64,000 nucleotides of DNA from Alphaproteobacteria bacterium. Lineage in GTDB: Bacteria > Pseudomonadota > Alphaproteobacteria > SP197. Shown here in pieces: positions 43,873-59,018 of the stretch. The notes under the pieces are model-generated. The model had not been told where the DNA came from and did no database searches. It was given only the letters and a program-made list of their open reading frames with translations. Made by a program: the position numbers and the translations under genes. The DNA lies in the NCBI GenBank assembly GCA_964291265.2, contig OZ219747.1, positions 2,624,001 through 2,688,000 on the forward strand. Direction: 5' to 3'. Numbering within the stretch: the stretch's first letter is position 1; each line of letters begins with the position of its first letter.

Positions 43873-44638
43873 ATATCACCAACAATCACCGCGTGGCCGA
43901 ACGCTTACACCCTGGCGACATCTTCTTCTGGAATGACCCCTACAACAGTTCAGGCGGCATCGGCCACATTCCGGACCTGTGCACGACGTTGCCGATCTTT
44001 TACGGCGAGCGCCTGATCGGATTCAGCCAGGTGTTCGGCCATCACGACGATGTCGGCGGCGCCGTCCCGGGGAGTCTGCCGGCCGATGCCACCGACATGT
44101 GGACCGAGGGACTGGTGGTGCCGCCGATCAAGATCTACGAGAGGGGCAGGATCAACGAGGCGGTGTTCACGATCATCTCGCGCAATTCGCGCCTGTCGGA
44201 ACACCTGCGTGGCGATCTCGATGCTGAAATCGGTGCCGCTCGGCTGGGTAGTCAGCGCGTCGTGGCGATGGCGGAGCGTTATGGCGTGGAGGCTCTTGAA
44301 GCCGCCTATGACGCCATCATCGGGAATTGTGCCGAGACCATACGCCGCGAGTTGCTCCCCAGGATACGGGACGGCGTCTACACATGGGAGGACTACATCG
44401 AGAACGACGGTGTTGAGGGACCCAAGATGCATGCACTGCGTCTGACGATGACCAAGATCACCGACAGGATCATGCTCGACTTTACCGGTACGTCCGAGGA
44501 AGCGAAGGGGCCGATCAACTGGCCCATTGACGGGTGTAGTGTAAGCGTTCGGCCGTTCGGTGATGGCTGATTTTGGTTGGTTTGGGTCTTGCTGACTATC
44601 GTCTGAGAAAGAGCTGGTAAACTCGTTTGGTCTCGATT

Positions 44639-49066
<4,428 letters not shown>

Positions 49067-49070
<4 letters not shown>

Positions 49071-49414
49071 TCGAGTGCCGTTACGACGGCCGTGACTTCA
49101 CCGCGCACGAGATGGCGCTGTTGCGCTCCCTGATCACCCAGCACCCCACCCGTGCGGCCATCGCCCGCGCCTTCTGCCGCAAGACCGGCTGGTACAAGCC
49201 CGACGGCGGCCTCAAGAACATGATGGCGAGTGTCGCCTTTCTGGCCATGCACCGCGCTACACAGGCGCCGTCTACAAGGCGTCGGGTTGGATCCATGTCG
49301 GCACCACCAAGGGGCGCGGACGCTACGATACGCACAGGAAACTCGACAAACCAAAAAAAGGACATCTGGCTGAGGCCTCTCCGCAAAGACTGGAAACTCA
49401 TCCTCAACCGGTGA
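49067..49414 (+). pseudogene. DUF4338 passenger gene remnant of IS66b copy 2
   Basis: N-terminus joined to YTGAVYKASGWIHVGTTKGRGRYD...KDIWLRPL; deletion differs from copy 1. Confidence 0.65.
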
Positions 49415-49660
49415 ATATCACCAACAATCACTGCGCGACCGAACGCTTACGGTGTAGTTCTCGTATGGCGAAGCCAAGTCATTGATTTATCACGGTTGTG
49501 CGGTCGCGATGGAGCGGCGAAAACGGGGTTTCGTGACAATTGCCCGTTTCTGGGCCGGATTTTGTCACGACAGCAGGGCTTGGCGGTGGATGCGGGAACG
49601 CTCCGCACCGCAAGATGCGATATGATGCTAGCTTGAAACCACAACATCAGGAGCGCTCCC

Positions 49661-51049
49661 ATGTCAGTGTCACAGCTTCGGCCTTCCGCGTCCATCGATC
49701 TTCTCGGCTTGCCGCCTCGGGTTGTCGAGGCGGTCACGCAAGTGACCGCGGTGTGTCATCGACAGCTCGGTTCAGAGCGCTCTGCCGAGGCTTTCGAGGA
49801 AGCGGAGCGGCGGGTGCTTGAGAGCGTGCACGCGCTTGGCTGCGAGATCCTGGGTGCCTGTGCCGAGGCCCGGGACGACGGTGCGCCCCGGATCGAACGG
49901 GACGGGCAGAACTGGTTCCGTGTGGCGCCGACGCCGAAGACGATCATGACCTCGCTCGGCCCGGTGACCTTTCGGCGTGCGCGCTATCGCACCGGCGGGC
50001 ACTGCCGGTCGCTGATGCCGGTGGACGAAAGCCTGGGCCTCGTCGACGACGACCTGACACGGCCGGCGGCTCAGCTTGGGCTGATGATGATGGTCCACTG
50101 CACGGCGCGGGAAGCGGAGGCGTTCTTCGGCAAGCTCGGCGCCATGACGCCGTCTGTGAGCACCTTGCAGCGCTTGAGCCTGACCATGCAGGAGCGTTGG
50201 GAACGTCTCGGCCCGCAGGCCCTGGATGGCATCCGGGAAGCCGAGGACATTCCGCAGGACGCGGTCACCGCCTCGGTCTCGCTCGACGGCGTCATGGTGG
50301 CGCTGCGGGCCGGCGAGGACGGCCGTAGCGAGGCCTGCTGGCGCGAGGCGGCCTGTGGCACAGTCTCCTTCCACGATGCCGAGGGTGAGCGCCTGAAGAC
50401 CGTCTATCTCGGCCGCATGCCCGAGCGCGGCAAGTGCACGCTGAAGGCGCAGCTGGCAAGCGAGGTCGCGCATATCAGGCGCAAGCGTCCCGAGATCAGG
50501 ATCAGCGCCATCGCCGACGCCGCCGCCGACAACTGGACCTTCCTCTCTGGTCTTGAACCCGAAACCGAGGTGATCGACTTCTGGCATGCCTGCGAGCATC
50601 TGCGCGTGGTGGCCGACCATGCAGCGGCGCCCCACTGGTTCGAGAAGTACCGCGAGATCCTGCGTCACGACCCCCGCGGCATCGACAAGGTGATCCGGGC
50701 GCTGCGCCACCTTCGCGACACCGCCAAGCCGGCGGGCCGAGCCGACATCGACAGGGAACTGGCCTTCTTCCGCAAGCATCGCCACCGCATGCGCTACCAC
50801 GCACTGAAGCAACAGGGGATCGCCATCGGCTCGGGACTTGTCGAGGCAGCCAACAAGACCCTCGTCACACAGCGCATGAAGCGCTCCGGCATGCGCTGGC
50901 GCATCGTCGGCGGACAAGCCGTTCTCACCTTCCGCGCCCTCATCAAATCCGGCCGCTTCGAAAGTGCGTGGACCGCCATGATCGAGGGCGACGACGCACC
51001 AGCCAACGACAACATCAGCCCACATCACACCCAGGCGCTGGCCGCATGA
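49661..51049 (+). CDS. ISKra4/ISLre2-like DDE transposase
   Basis: SLDGVM, IADAA, IDFWHACEHL, IGSGLVEAANK..V..RMKRSGMRW. Confidence 0.85.
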   Translation: MSVSQLRPSASIDLLGLPPRVVEAVTQVTAVCHRQLGSERSAEAFEEAERRVLESVHALGCEILGACAEARDDGAPRIERDGQNWFRVAPTPKTIMTSLGPVTFRRARYRTGGHCRSLMPVDESLGLVDDDLTRPAAQLGLMMMVHCTAREAEAFFGKLGAMTPSVSTLQRLSLTMQERWERLGPQALDGIREAEDIPQDAVTASVSLDGVMVALRAGEDGRSEACWREAACGTVSFHDAEGERLKTVYLGRMPERGKCTLKAQLASEVAHIRRKRPEIRISAIADAAADNWTFLSGLEPETEVIDFWHACEHLRVVADHAAAPHWFEKYREILRHDPRGIDKVIRALRHLRDTAKPAGRADIDRELAFFRKHRHRMRYHALKQQGIAIGSGLVEAANKTLVTQRMKRSGMRWRIVGGQAVLTFRALIKSGRFESAWTAMIEGDDAPANDNISPHHTQALAA

Positions 51050-52497
51050 GATGAAACAATGGAACTAAGTCCATAACTTAAGACCATAACATAACTGCCA
51101 TACTAGACTCACACCCCCATTGACTATGCCGACGGCAAGTTCGTGCGCAAATGGATGGGTCCGGTCCTGCGCTCGCTCGCTGCAACACCGGAACGAGCGG
51201 CAGAAATCGACATGAACGAGGGTGTGCTCGATATCATCGAGGTGAAGTTTCCGCCAAAGGGTACCCTCGTCACGCCGAATTTCGGCAAGGCGACGGGTCT
51301 GAGGTTCTTCCCGCTGCTGCGGTCGCTCGGCATCTTCGCGGCCCTGCTCGCGAAGGCCACCTCGGGGCGCATGCCGGCAGACCATGAGACCATTCGCATC
51401 TGGGGTCTTCACGGTGGTCGGATCGGCCACGACTTCTTCCTGTTCCGCGAAGTTCTCGGAGGCGGTGGTCCGGGACGCCCCTGGGCCGACGGCAGCGATG
51501 TCGTCCATGTCGTGCCGAACTCACGCAACTTGCCGGCCGAGTTCTCCGAGACACGTTATCCCGTCATCATCGAACCTCTCGGACTGGCAACTGATTCAGG
51601 CGGAGCGGGGTTCCGTCGCGGTGGTCTCGGATACGACAAGCGCGTCAGGGTGCTCGGGGATTGCGAGGCTCTCTCCAATGCCGACCGTTCGCTTATCCAC
51701 ACCTACGGTGTCAATGGCGGCATGCACGGTGGCAACTATGCGCTCGAGATGGAGGACTCGGCGGGGGGCCGACGCACACTTGCGGGCATGGACGACCGGG
51801 TTCCCGTCGGCGCGGGTTCTGCCATCCGGATCCGAACGAATGGCGGGGGCGGTTGGGGCGACCCGTTGGCGCGGGAACCGGCAAGGGTGTGTCACGACGT
51901 TCAGTGTGGTCTCGTGTCCGAATCGGCAGCCCACGATGACTACGGCGTCGTACTTGTGCTGCGGGGACGGCGGTACGCGGTTGATGAAGACGGGACCGGC
52001 AGGCTTCGGGAGCGCATGAGAGCCGAGCGGGGACCGCTACCCATGTTCCGCCGAGGTCCCTACTTCGACGACATGAAGCGCCGCAACGCGATAAGCCGCC
52101 CCGAGGGTCTGGAAGATCCGGACGAGGGCTGGTTTGCGGACGGCGCACTGCCGGAGGCGGCGCAGTGAGTGGCTCACCGACGGACCCCGGTCGTCGCCGA
52201 CTCCCCGTTGCCACGTCGGAAGACTGCAGGATGCGCTGTTGCGCGGCGCTGGTCGGAGCGATGGACATCGGACGGCCAATCGGCGTCATGCCGAAGGACG
52301 TTATCGCGGCGCCACACATCCAGATGCCGCGGCATTGACCATGACGGCGAGCGTTGCCGTGCCGTGCACCGGAAGGCAACCGCGCGAACCCCGATCATCC
52401 CTGCGGGCCGACCGGAGGTCGGGGGATCGAGGTCAGTGGTGACGCGATACGGGGCGCCTGTCCTGATCAGCATCTGCGAACGGGAGCAAGAGACATC

Positions 52498-53280
52498 ATG
52501 GAAGTCCGGCTTGGCCACATGAACTACGACGAGGTTGCCGAAGCGATCTCGGACGCAAGGGTTGTCATCGTACCCACGGGAGCGACGGAATCACATGGTC
52601 CCCACATGCCCTGCGACACCGATACCCACCAGGTCGAATACATGGCCCTTGCTGTGGCAAGGCGGGTCGGAGGCATTGTCGTGCCGGCCGTTCCCTATGC
52701 GGTCTCGAAGACATTCGAGCACTTCCCGGGAACGGTTTCACTGTCGATTCCGACCTATCAGCAAATGCTCTACGAGATTGGCGCTGCGCTTGTCAGGCAG
52801 GGCTTCACCAACATCCTCTTTCTCAATGGCAACCGTCCCAACGGGACATCGAACGATGCCGTTGCGAGACGCCTGATCGACGACATGGACGATCATGACA
52901 TCACGATCACGGCGGTCAGCTACTGGGAACCCGGGGCAGCGGCAGTTCACGCCCTGCGCAACTCAGGCGTGGGAGGCATGGGGCATGGCGGGGAGTTCGA
53001 GACATCGTTTCAACTGGCGACCCGCCCCGAACTCGTGAAGATGGAACGTCTGGCAGGTGTTCACACACCGCTTGTGGGCTGGGATCTGGTTGCGCCCGTC
53101 GAACCATCGCGCACATACAGGAGACGTCCGACGCCCCGGACCAATCACGCCTCGATTTTCGGCGATCCGCACAAGGCATCGAAGGAGTCCGGCCATGCTT
53201 TCATAGCGGCGTCGGTCGATGCTCTGGTGGAGATGATCGAGAACCTGCAGCCGTCCTACGAGGAACGCCGGACCAGGTGA
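52498..53280 (+). CDS. Creatininase-family amidohydrolase
   Basis: PTGATESHGPHMP.DTD, FPGT, HGGEFETS. Confidence 0.85.
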   Translation: MEVRLGHMNYDEVAEAISDARVVIVPTGATESHGPHMPCDTDTHQVEYMALAVARRVGGIVVPAVPYAVSKTFEHFPGTVSLSIPTYQQMLYEIGAALVRQGFTNILFLNGNRPNGTSNDAVARRLIDDMDDHDITITAVSYWEPGAAAVHALRNSGVGGMGHGGEFETSFQLATRPELVKMERLAGVHTPLVGWDLVAPVEPSRTYRRRPTPRTNHASIFGDPHKASKESGHAFIAASVDALVEMIENLQPSYEERRTR

Positions 53281-53761
53281 TCCGAGGAGTTGGATCAGGA
53301 AGAGCGGTGACGGACTTCCGGTTCGGCGTTATCCTGATGTTGATGGCTGCATAGAACGGCGGGATTTCGGCGATTTGCCGCGCTTTGTCAGGGTCGTGTT
53401 TCTTCCCTGTTGTCAGGTCCTATTGTCACGTCCTGTTGTCGTGGTTTGAGTGTTCGGCTGGTTGTCTCCCCGAGCGCCGCCGTCTTTTCCTATTGTCGTT
53501 TTGGTCCGGTTCGGGTTCCGTCGACCTCTGCTTCGGTCTTGGTGACGGTTGCCGGGAGGGTTCCGGTTCCGAGGCACTCGCGGGATTGTTTGTCTTCCCT
53601 GTGGGCGGGTCGCGTTGTCCGGTCCCGGGGCGGCGTTTTTGCCGCCGCCCCGGGTGGATGCTAGATCGGCATCAAGAGAAAGAGCGATGCGATGCCGGGC
53701 GGAGTTGTGACGCCCCCCGGCGCAGCACCCGGACGAGCCGGTCACGGGGGACCGAACTCCC

Positions 53762-54292
53762 GTGTATTGTCGAGCCATTTTGCGTCCGGGTCCACCCCCG
53801 CTCTCGAGACGGATCGTGTGCACGACGGGACGACTGTTCAACTGCAAGCGGTGTCAGCGGCAGGTTGTTCTCTGCCGGTCGTGTGACCGGGGGCATGTGT
53901 ATTGCTCCAAGGAGTGCAGGGAATCGTCCCGGATCGAGCGGCGCCGCGCGTCGCGTCGTCGCTACCAGAGCACGCTGAAGGGCCGTGAGACGGGCCGTCA
54001 CCGCCAGCGGCGTTATCGGCTCCGCAAGGCGGAGGAGGCGCGTGCGTTGAAGGCCAGGGCGGCGATGGTTGCCGAGATCATGGGCACGCAGACGTCTGCT
54101 GTGGTGCTGCTTGGCGACGTTCCGGCGGTGTCTGGAGACGCCGGTTCTGAAGAAATCGTTACGGACCACCCTTCCCGACTGCTGCCGACCTCCCTACCTG
54201 CGGTTGTGAAGGCGCGAGAGCGGCGCGAATCGCCGCTTCGGTGCGCCCGGTGCGGACGGGTCGTGACGCATGTGGTGCTGAGGGACCTGTGA
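53762..54292 (+). CDS. Cys-rich, Arg-rich hypothetical protein upstream of istA
   Basis: CKRC..CRSCDRGHVYCSKEC, C-terminal CARCG; start uncertain. Confidence 0.6.
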   Translation: MYCRAILRPGPPPLSRRIVCTTGRLFNCKRCQRQVVLCRSCDRGHVYCSKECRESSRIERRRASRRRYQSTLKGRETGRHRQRRYRLRKAEEARALKARAAMVAEIMGTQTSAVVLLGDVPAVSGDAGSEEIVTDHPSRLLPTSLPAVVKARERRESPLRCARCGRVVTHVVLRDL

Positions 54293-54324
54293 TGCGGCGT
54301 TGAGGAACCAAAGGGAGGGAGTTC

Positions 54325-55818
54325 ATGGCGATCGACGAGGACACGCGGGCGACGATCGTGCGGCTGTCGCGGGCCGAGGGCTGGGCTGTGGGGACGATTG
54401 CCCGGCATCTCGGCGTGCACCACGGCACGGTGACGCGGGCGCTCAAGGCGTCGGGGCAGGAGCGGCGGCCGCGGGCCAAGCTCATCGACCCCTTCGTTGC
54501 CTTCCTCGGGGAGCGTCTTGAGGCGTCGCCGGACCTTCCGGCCAGCACGCTCTGGCGACAGGTCGTGGCTCTGGGCTACCGCGGCGGCGAGGATCACTTC
54601 CGTCACGACCTGCGCCGCCTCGGGCTGAGGCCGGTGAAGAGGCCCGAGCCGTCGCTGCGGCTGAGCTTCCTTCCGGGCGAGCAGGCGCAGGTTGACTGGG
54701 CCGAGTTCGGGAAGGTCCGCATTGGCCGGGCGGAGCGCAGGCTCATGGGGCTTCTCGTCACCCTCAGCTACTCGCGCCAGACTGTCCTGAGCCTGTTCCA
54801 CGACGCGCGGATGGCCAGCTTCCTGCAAGGCCATGTCGAGGCTTTCGCGGCATTCGGGGGTGTGCCGCGGAGGCTTCTGTACGACAACCTGAAGAGTGCC
54901 GTGGTGACGCGCCGCGGCAAGGCGGTCACCTATCATCCGATGCTGCTCGGCCTCGCGGCCCACTATGCCTTCGAACCGAGCGCCGCCTGGCCCAGGAGCC
55001 CGCAGGAGAAGGGCCGCGTGGAACGCCGTGTGCGCTTCGCGCGCACCGGGTTCTTCGCCGGGCGCGACATCACGGTCCCGCTCGGCGAGCTCAACGCCGC
55101 AGTTCGGGAGTGGTGCTTCGGCGCCGCCGCGGAGCGGCCCTGGCCGGACGACGACAGTCTCCTGGTGCGGGACGCCTTCGCCCGGGAGAGGGAGCACCTG
55201 ATCGTCCTTCCCGCCGATCCCTTCCCGCATCACGAGGTCCGCCCGGTGCGCATCGACAAGACCTGCCACGCCCGCTTCGACACCAACGACTACAGCGTTC
55301 CGGGTAGCTTCTCCAAGGCCCTGCTGACGCTGGTCGCCGACCGCGACGAGGTTCGCATCCTCGACGGCGCCGACGAGGTCGCGCGCCACCGACGCTCCTA
55401 CGACAGGAAGCAGGCCGTCACCGATCCGGAGCATGCCAGGGCGATCGCCGCGGGCAAGCGGCGGGCCCGCTCCATGAGCGTCCGCGACCGGGTCCTGCGC
55501 ACCGTGCCGCGGGCCGAGGAGATGCTGGCGCGCGCCGGGACCAACGGGCGCAACGTGGCCTCCTGCGCCCGGATGCTGGAGACGCTTCTCAACGCGCACG
55601 GCGCCGACGCTCTCGACCGGGCTGTCGCCACGGCGCTGGAGCGCGGCTCGTGCCACCCCGAAACCGTGCGCGTCATCATCGAGGAGCGCCGCCGGGAGCA
55701 GGGCCTGCCGCCCCTCAGCATCGCCGACGACGGCCGCGGCGGCCGTGGCACGACGCCGCGGGGGACCGCTCTCGACGCCTACGACAGGCCCGAAGCCAGC
55801 GCCAGGAACAAGACATGA
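54325..55818 (+). CDS. istA: IS21 transposase
   Basis: PGEQAQVDW, FGGVP...LYDNLK, KGRVER. Confidence 0.93.
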   Translation: MAIDEDTRATIVRLSRAEGWAVGTIARHLGVHHGTVTRALKASGQERRPRAKLIDPFVAFLGERLEASPDLPASTLWRQVVALGYRGGEDHFRHDLRRLGLRPVKRPEPSLRLSFLPGEQAQVDWAEFGKVRIGRAERRLMGLLVTLSYSRQTVLSLFHDARMASFLQGHVEAFAAFGGVPRRLLYDNLKSAVVTRRGKAVTYHPMLLGLAAHYAFEPSAAWPRSPQEKGRVERRVRFARTGFFAGRDITVPLGELNAAVREWCFGAAAERPWPDDDSLLVRDAFAREREHLIVLPADPFPHHEVRPVRIDKTCHARFDTNDYSVPGSFSKALLTLVADRDEVRILDGADEVARHRRSYDRKQAVTDPEHARAIAAGKRRARSMSVRDRVLRTVPRAEEMLARAGTNGRNVASCARMLETLLNAHGADALDRAVATALERGSCHPETVRVIIEERRREQGLPPLSIADDGRGGRGTTPRGTALDAYDRPEASARNKT

Positions 55819-56516
55819 GCGAGCTCAGGGAGCGTGCCCGGGCGCTCGGCCTCCACGGGCTCGTCGAACGCTGGGACGAGGTCGCCGGGACCGCATGGAT
55901 CGAGGAGGTGGTCAGCGGCGAGGAACAGGCCCGCAGGGCCCGCAGCCACGAGCGCCGCCGCGCCGCGGCGCGGCTGCCCGCCTTCAAGCCCCTGGCGGAC
56001 TTCGACTGGACATGGCCGCGCGACATCAGCCGGGCTCATGTCGAAGCGCTCCTCGGCCTCGGCTTCGTCGACCGTGCGGACAACGCCGTGCTCGTCGGCG
56101 GGCAGGGCACCGGAAAGACCATGATCGCCGCCAACGTGGCTCACCAGGCCCTGCTGCACGGCCACACCGTCCGCTTCGAGAAGGCGCCGGAACTGCTCGA
56201 GGCACTCGCCGAGACCGTCTCGCGCAGCGAGCTGCGCCGCCGCCTCGCGATCCTCGCCAGGCCCCGCCTGCTCGTCCTCGACGAAATCGGCTACGTGACC
56301 CTCGAAAGCCACCATGCCGACATCCTCTACGCCATCGTCTCGCGGCGCTATCAGCGCCGCTCGACCATGGTCACGACAAGCCTCGCCTTCGCCCAGTGGG
56401 ACCGCGTCTTCCCCAGCGCCTCCGGCATCGCCGGCACCGTCGACCGGCTCATGCACGACGCAACCCTCATCTCCATCGACAGCGACTCCTGGCGGCTCAG
56501 GCGTGAAACCCGATAA
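55815..56516 (+). CDS. istB: IS21 helper ATPase
   Basis: GGQGTGKT, LLVLDEIGY, DRLMH; ATGA overlap with istA. Confidence 0.93.
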   Translation: MSELRERARALGLHGLVERWDEVAGTAWIEEVVSGEEQARRARSHERRRAAARLPAFKPLADFDWTWPRDISRAHVEALLGLGFVDRADNAVLVGGQGTGKTMIAANVAHQALLHGHTVRFEKAPELLEALAETVSRSELRRRLAILARPRLLVLDEIGYVTLESHHADILYAIVSRRYQRRSTMVTTSLAFAQWDRVFPSASGIAGTVDRLMHDATLISIDSDSWRLRRETR

Positions 56517-57396
56517 ACCCCGCCGCGTCGACTTCGACGCCGTCAAGCGCATGCCGTTCGAACGCATCGCCGCCGACTGGGGATACGTCCGCGACGAACA
56601 GGCCTCGACACGCGCCAACCCCGTCCTGTGCGCACCCGGCCTGCCGAAGCTCGTCACGAAGTGCCTCAACAACGGACACTGGGTCTACTTCAACACCCAG
56701 AACGATGAAGACAACGGAACCGTCATCGACTTCATGCTCAACCGCGGACTGGCCTTCGCCGACATCTGCACCCGCTTCGCAGCACCCGACGCCGCGCCAC
56801 GCGACTTCCGCAGCCTCTGGGCCGCGGCAACGCCCGATGCGGCCCCGGACTGGCTCACCGGGCGCGGCATCCTCCCGGAGACCCTCGACACCTGCCGCCC
56901 CCTGGTCCGCCGCGACCACAACGGACGCGTCCTCTTCGCCCATCGCAACAGGAAGCGAAAGCTCACCGGCTTCGAGATCGGTCCCCCCGACGGACCGAAA
57001 CGCTTCGCCACCGGTGGAACCCGAAGCCTGTTCGCCGTCCGCGCCGGAACCGCCGCGGACCTCGAGGCCCTCGTCATCACCGAAAGCGCCGTCGACGCCC
57101 TCAGCCTGGCCCAGATCGACCAATGTCCCCCCAGCCACGCCTTCCTCTCCACCGCCGGGGCACCCTCGCGAAGACAGCACGAACAGATCAGCCTCGCCGC
57201 AAGCAGCCTGCCCAACGTCAGGACCATCGTCCTCGCCCAGGACCACGACGAGGCCGGAGAGCGACAGGCCGAAACCCTGCGCAAAAAGATGAAGCTCCCC
57301 TCCCACGTCTCGTTCCACAGACGCAGACCGCCGGAAAACGCCGACTGGAACGACGTCGTCAACGCCAGGACCAAAGAACCACAAGCGAGATCATGA
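56503..57396 (+). CDS. DUF3991/TOPRIM primase-like protein
   Basis: D.GTVIDF, L..RGI, ITESAVDALS, STAG, AQDHDEAG, DWND. Confidence 0.75.
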   Translation: MKPDKPRRVDFDAVKRMPFERIAADWGYVRDEQASTRANPVLCAPGLPKLVTKCLNNGHWVYFNTQNDEDNGTVIDFMLNRGLAFADICTRFAAPDAAPRDFRSLWAAATPDAAPDWLTGRGILPETLDTCRPLVRRDHNGRVLFAHRNRKRKLTGFEIGPPDGPKRFATGGTRSLFAVRAGTAADLEALVITESAVDALSLAQIDQCPPSHAFLSTAGAPSRRQHEQISLAASSLPNVRTIVLAQDHDEAGERQAETLRKKMKLPSHVSFHRRRPPENADWNDVVNARTKEPQARS

Positions 57397-57422
57397 CCAC
57401 GTCCGTCACAAGGAGACCACTC

Positions 57423-57713
57423 ATGCCCCTCACGCCCGCCGAAAAGCAGCGGTGATACCGGGAACGGCGCAAGGCCGGCATCCCTCCCGTCCACACCCCA
57501 AAGCACCGTGACCGGCGCTCGCGACCGCAACGCTGGAACGACGCCGTGGCCGAACTGCGCTCCCTGCAGGACGAATGGCGTGACCACCTCGACAGCATCC
57601 CCGAAAGCCTCCGTGACACGCCTTACGGAGAACGCCTGCAGAGCGTCGCCGATGCCGACATCGAGGCCCTCGAGGACATCGAACCGCCACGCGGCTACGG
57701 AAGGGATACGTGA
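57423..57713 (+). pseudogene. Homologue of the IS110 cargo ORF with internal TGA (57453-57455)
   Basis: MPLTPAEKQR*YRERRKAGIP...PPRGYGRDT, same 291-nt length. Confidence 0.8.
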
Positions 57714-58307
57714 TCCCGCAAGACCCTTGAACGCGGTCACGCGTTACCATCCAGGAATGAGAACGTCTCACCCCGACGCGCCGCTCAGCCTCCCCGGGAA
57801 ACACCCGGGCCGTCCAAACGACACCGCATCACGAGACTGCCGCAGCCTCTGAGCCGCAGCGACGCCCGATCCGCCGCCGGGCTGGCTCACAGGTCGCAGC
57901 ATCCGCCCGAAAACACTCGACGCCTGCCGCACCCTGCAGGACGAATGGCGTGACCGCCTCGACAGCATCCCCGAAACCCTCCGTGACACGCCTTACGGAG
58001 AACGCCTGCAGAGCGTCGCCGATGCCGACATCGAGGCTCTCGAGGACATCGAACCGCCACGCGGCTACGGAAGGGACACGTAATCTCGCAAGACCCTTGA
58101 ACGCGGTCACGCGTTACCATCCAGGAATGAGAACGTCTCACCCCGACGCGCCGCTCAGCCTCCCCGGGAAACCCCCGGGCCGTCCAAACGACACCACATC
58201 ACGAGACTGCCGCAGCCGCTGAGCCGCAGCAACGCCCGATCCGCCGCCGGACTGGCTCACAGGTCGCAGCATCCGCCCGAAAACACTCGACGCCTGCCGC
58301 ACCCTGC
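57562..58307 (+). repeat. Tandem duplication, period 370 bp, mixing cargo-ORF 3' half and degenerate TOPRIM-gene pieces
   Basis: CCCTGC boundaries at 57562, 57932 and 58302; near-identical units. Confidence 0.85.
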
Positions 58308-59018
58308 GCCGCCGCAACCGCAACGCACGCAGCCTCTTCGCCCAGCGCAACAGAAACCGTCAGCTCTCCAGCCTCGAGATCGTCCCGCCCGACGAACCAC
58401 GACGAGGACGGAGAACGCCAGAACGAAACCACGCGCAAAAGCCTGAAGCTCCCCTCCCACATCACGTTCCACAAACGCCGAACGCCAGAAAACGCCGACC
58501 GGAACGACATCGTCAACGTCAATGCAAGACCAATGGGATCCAACAATAGGCAGAAAACAAAGACCGGGCGGACCTTCGTCCAATGCCGCACGTTCTCCTG
58601 TCGTGGTCACCCACTCACACGATCAGCGCCCAAAAGAGCGGTTCTCCGCCAATATCCCGCCGTTCTAAATCGCCGCCGACACCTGAGACCTCGCACTGGT
58701 CCTGGCCGCCATGTGGGAGCGAACGTCATCGCAGAGGATGCACGGGCTGACAGCCACCAACTCTGACGTGGCCCGGTTGCGGCCGGGCCTGAAGGAAAAG
58801 GTGGCGGCAGCCGGCCCGGTTTCCAGGGCAGGCGTTTCGATGAAGCCGGGAACAGGCGGGCGACACGACGGCGGTGGAGTCTGGCGGCGCCCGGAGCGGA
58901 AGTCCGGATGGCGCCGTACAGTTCTGGCGCGTTCCATCGAAGGTTTGCAACGTCCGGGACCGGTACCGACATGTTCCCGCACCGACACTGATCATGCCTT
59001 CAGACCGTAGCTGCAACC

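Larger units (their letters stand above)
39112..43908 (+). mobile_element. IS66-family element IS66b copy 1 (contains two group II introns)
   Basis: Ends GTAAGCGTTCGGCC ... GGCCGAACGCTTAC; flanks GGAGCAGC vs ACCCTGGC differ, so no TSD. Confidence 0.9.
53338..58681 (+). mobile_element. IS21-family element with cargo (5344 bp)
   Basis: TG...CA ends with IRs sharing TAGAACGGCGGGAT; 5-bp TSD CCTGA at 53333-53337 and 58682-58686. Confidence 0.9.

Noticed and set aside
53308-58990. Gene interrupted by IS21 (begins VTDFRFGVIL)
   Set aside because: The rejoined sequence reaches a stop quickly and has no recognisable family motif
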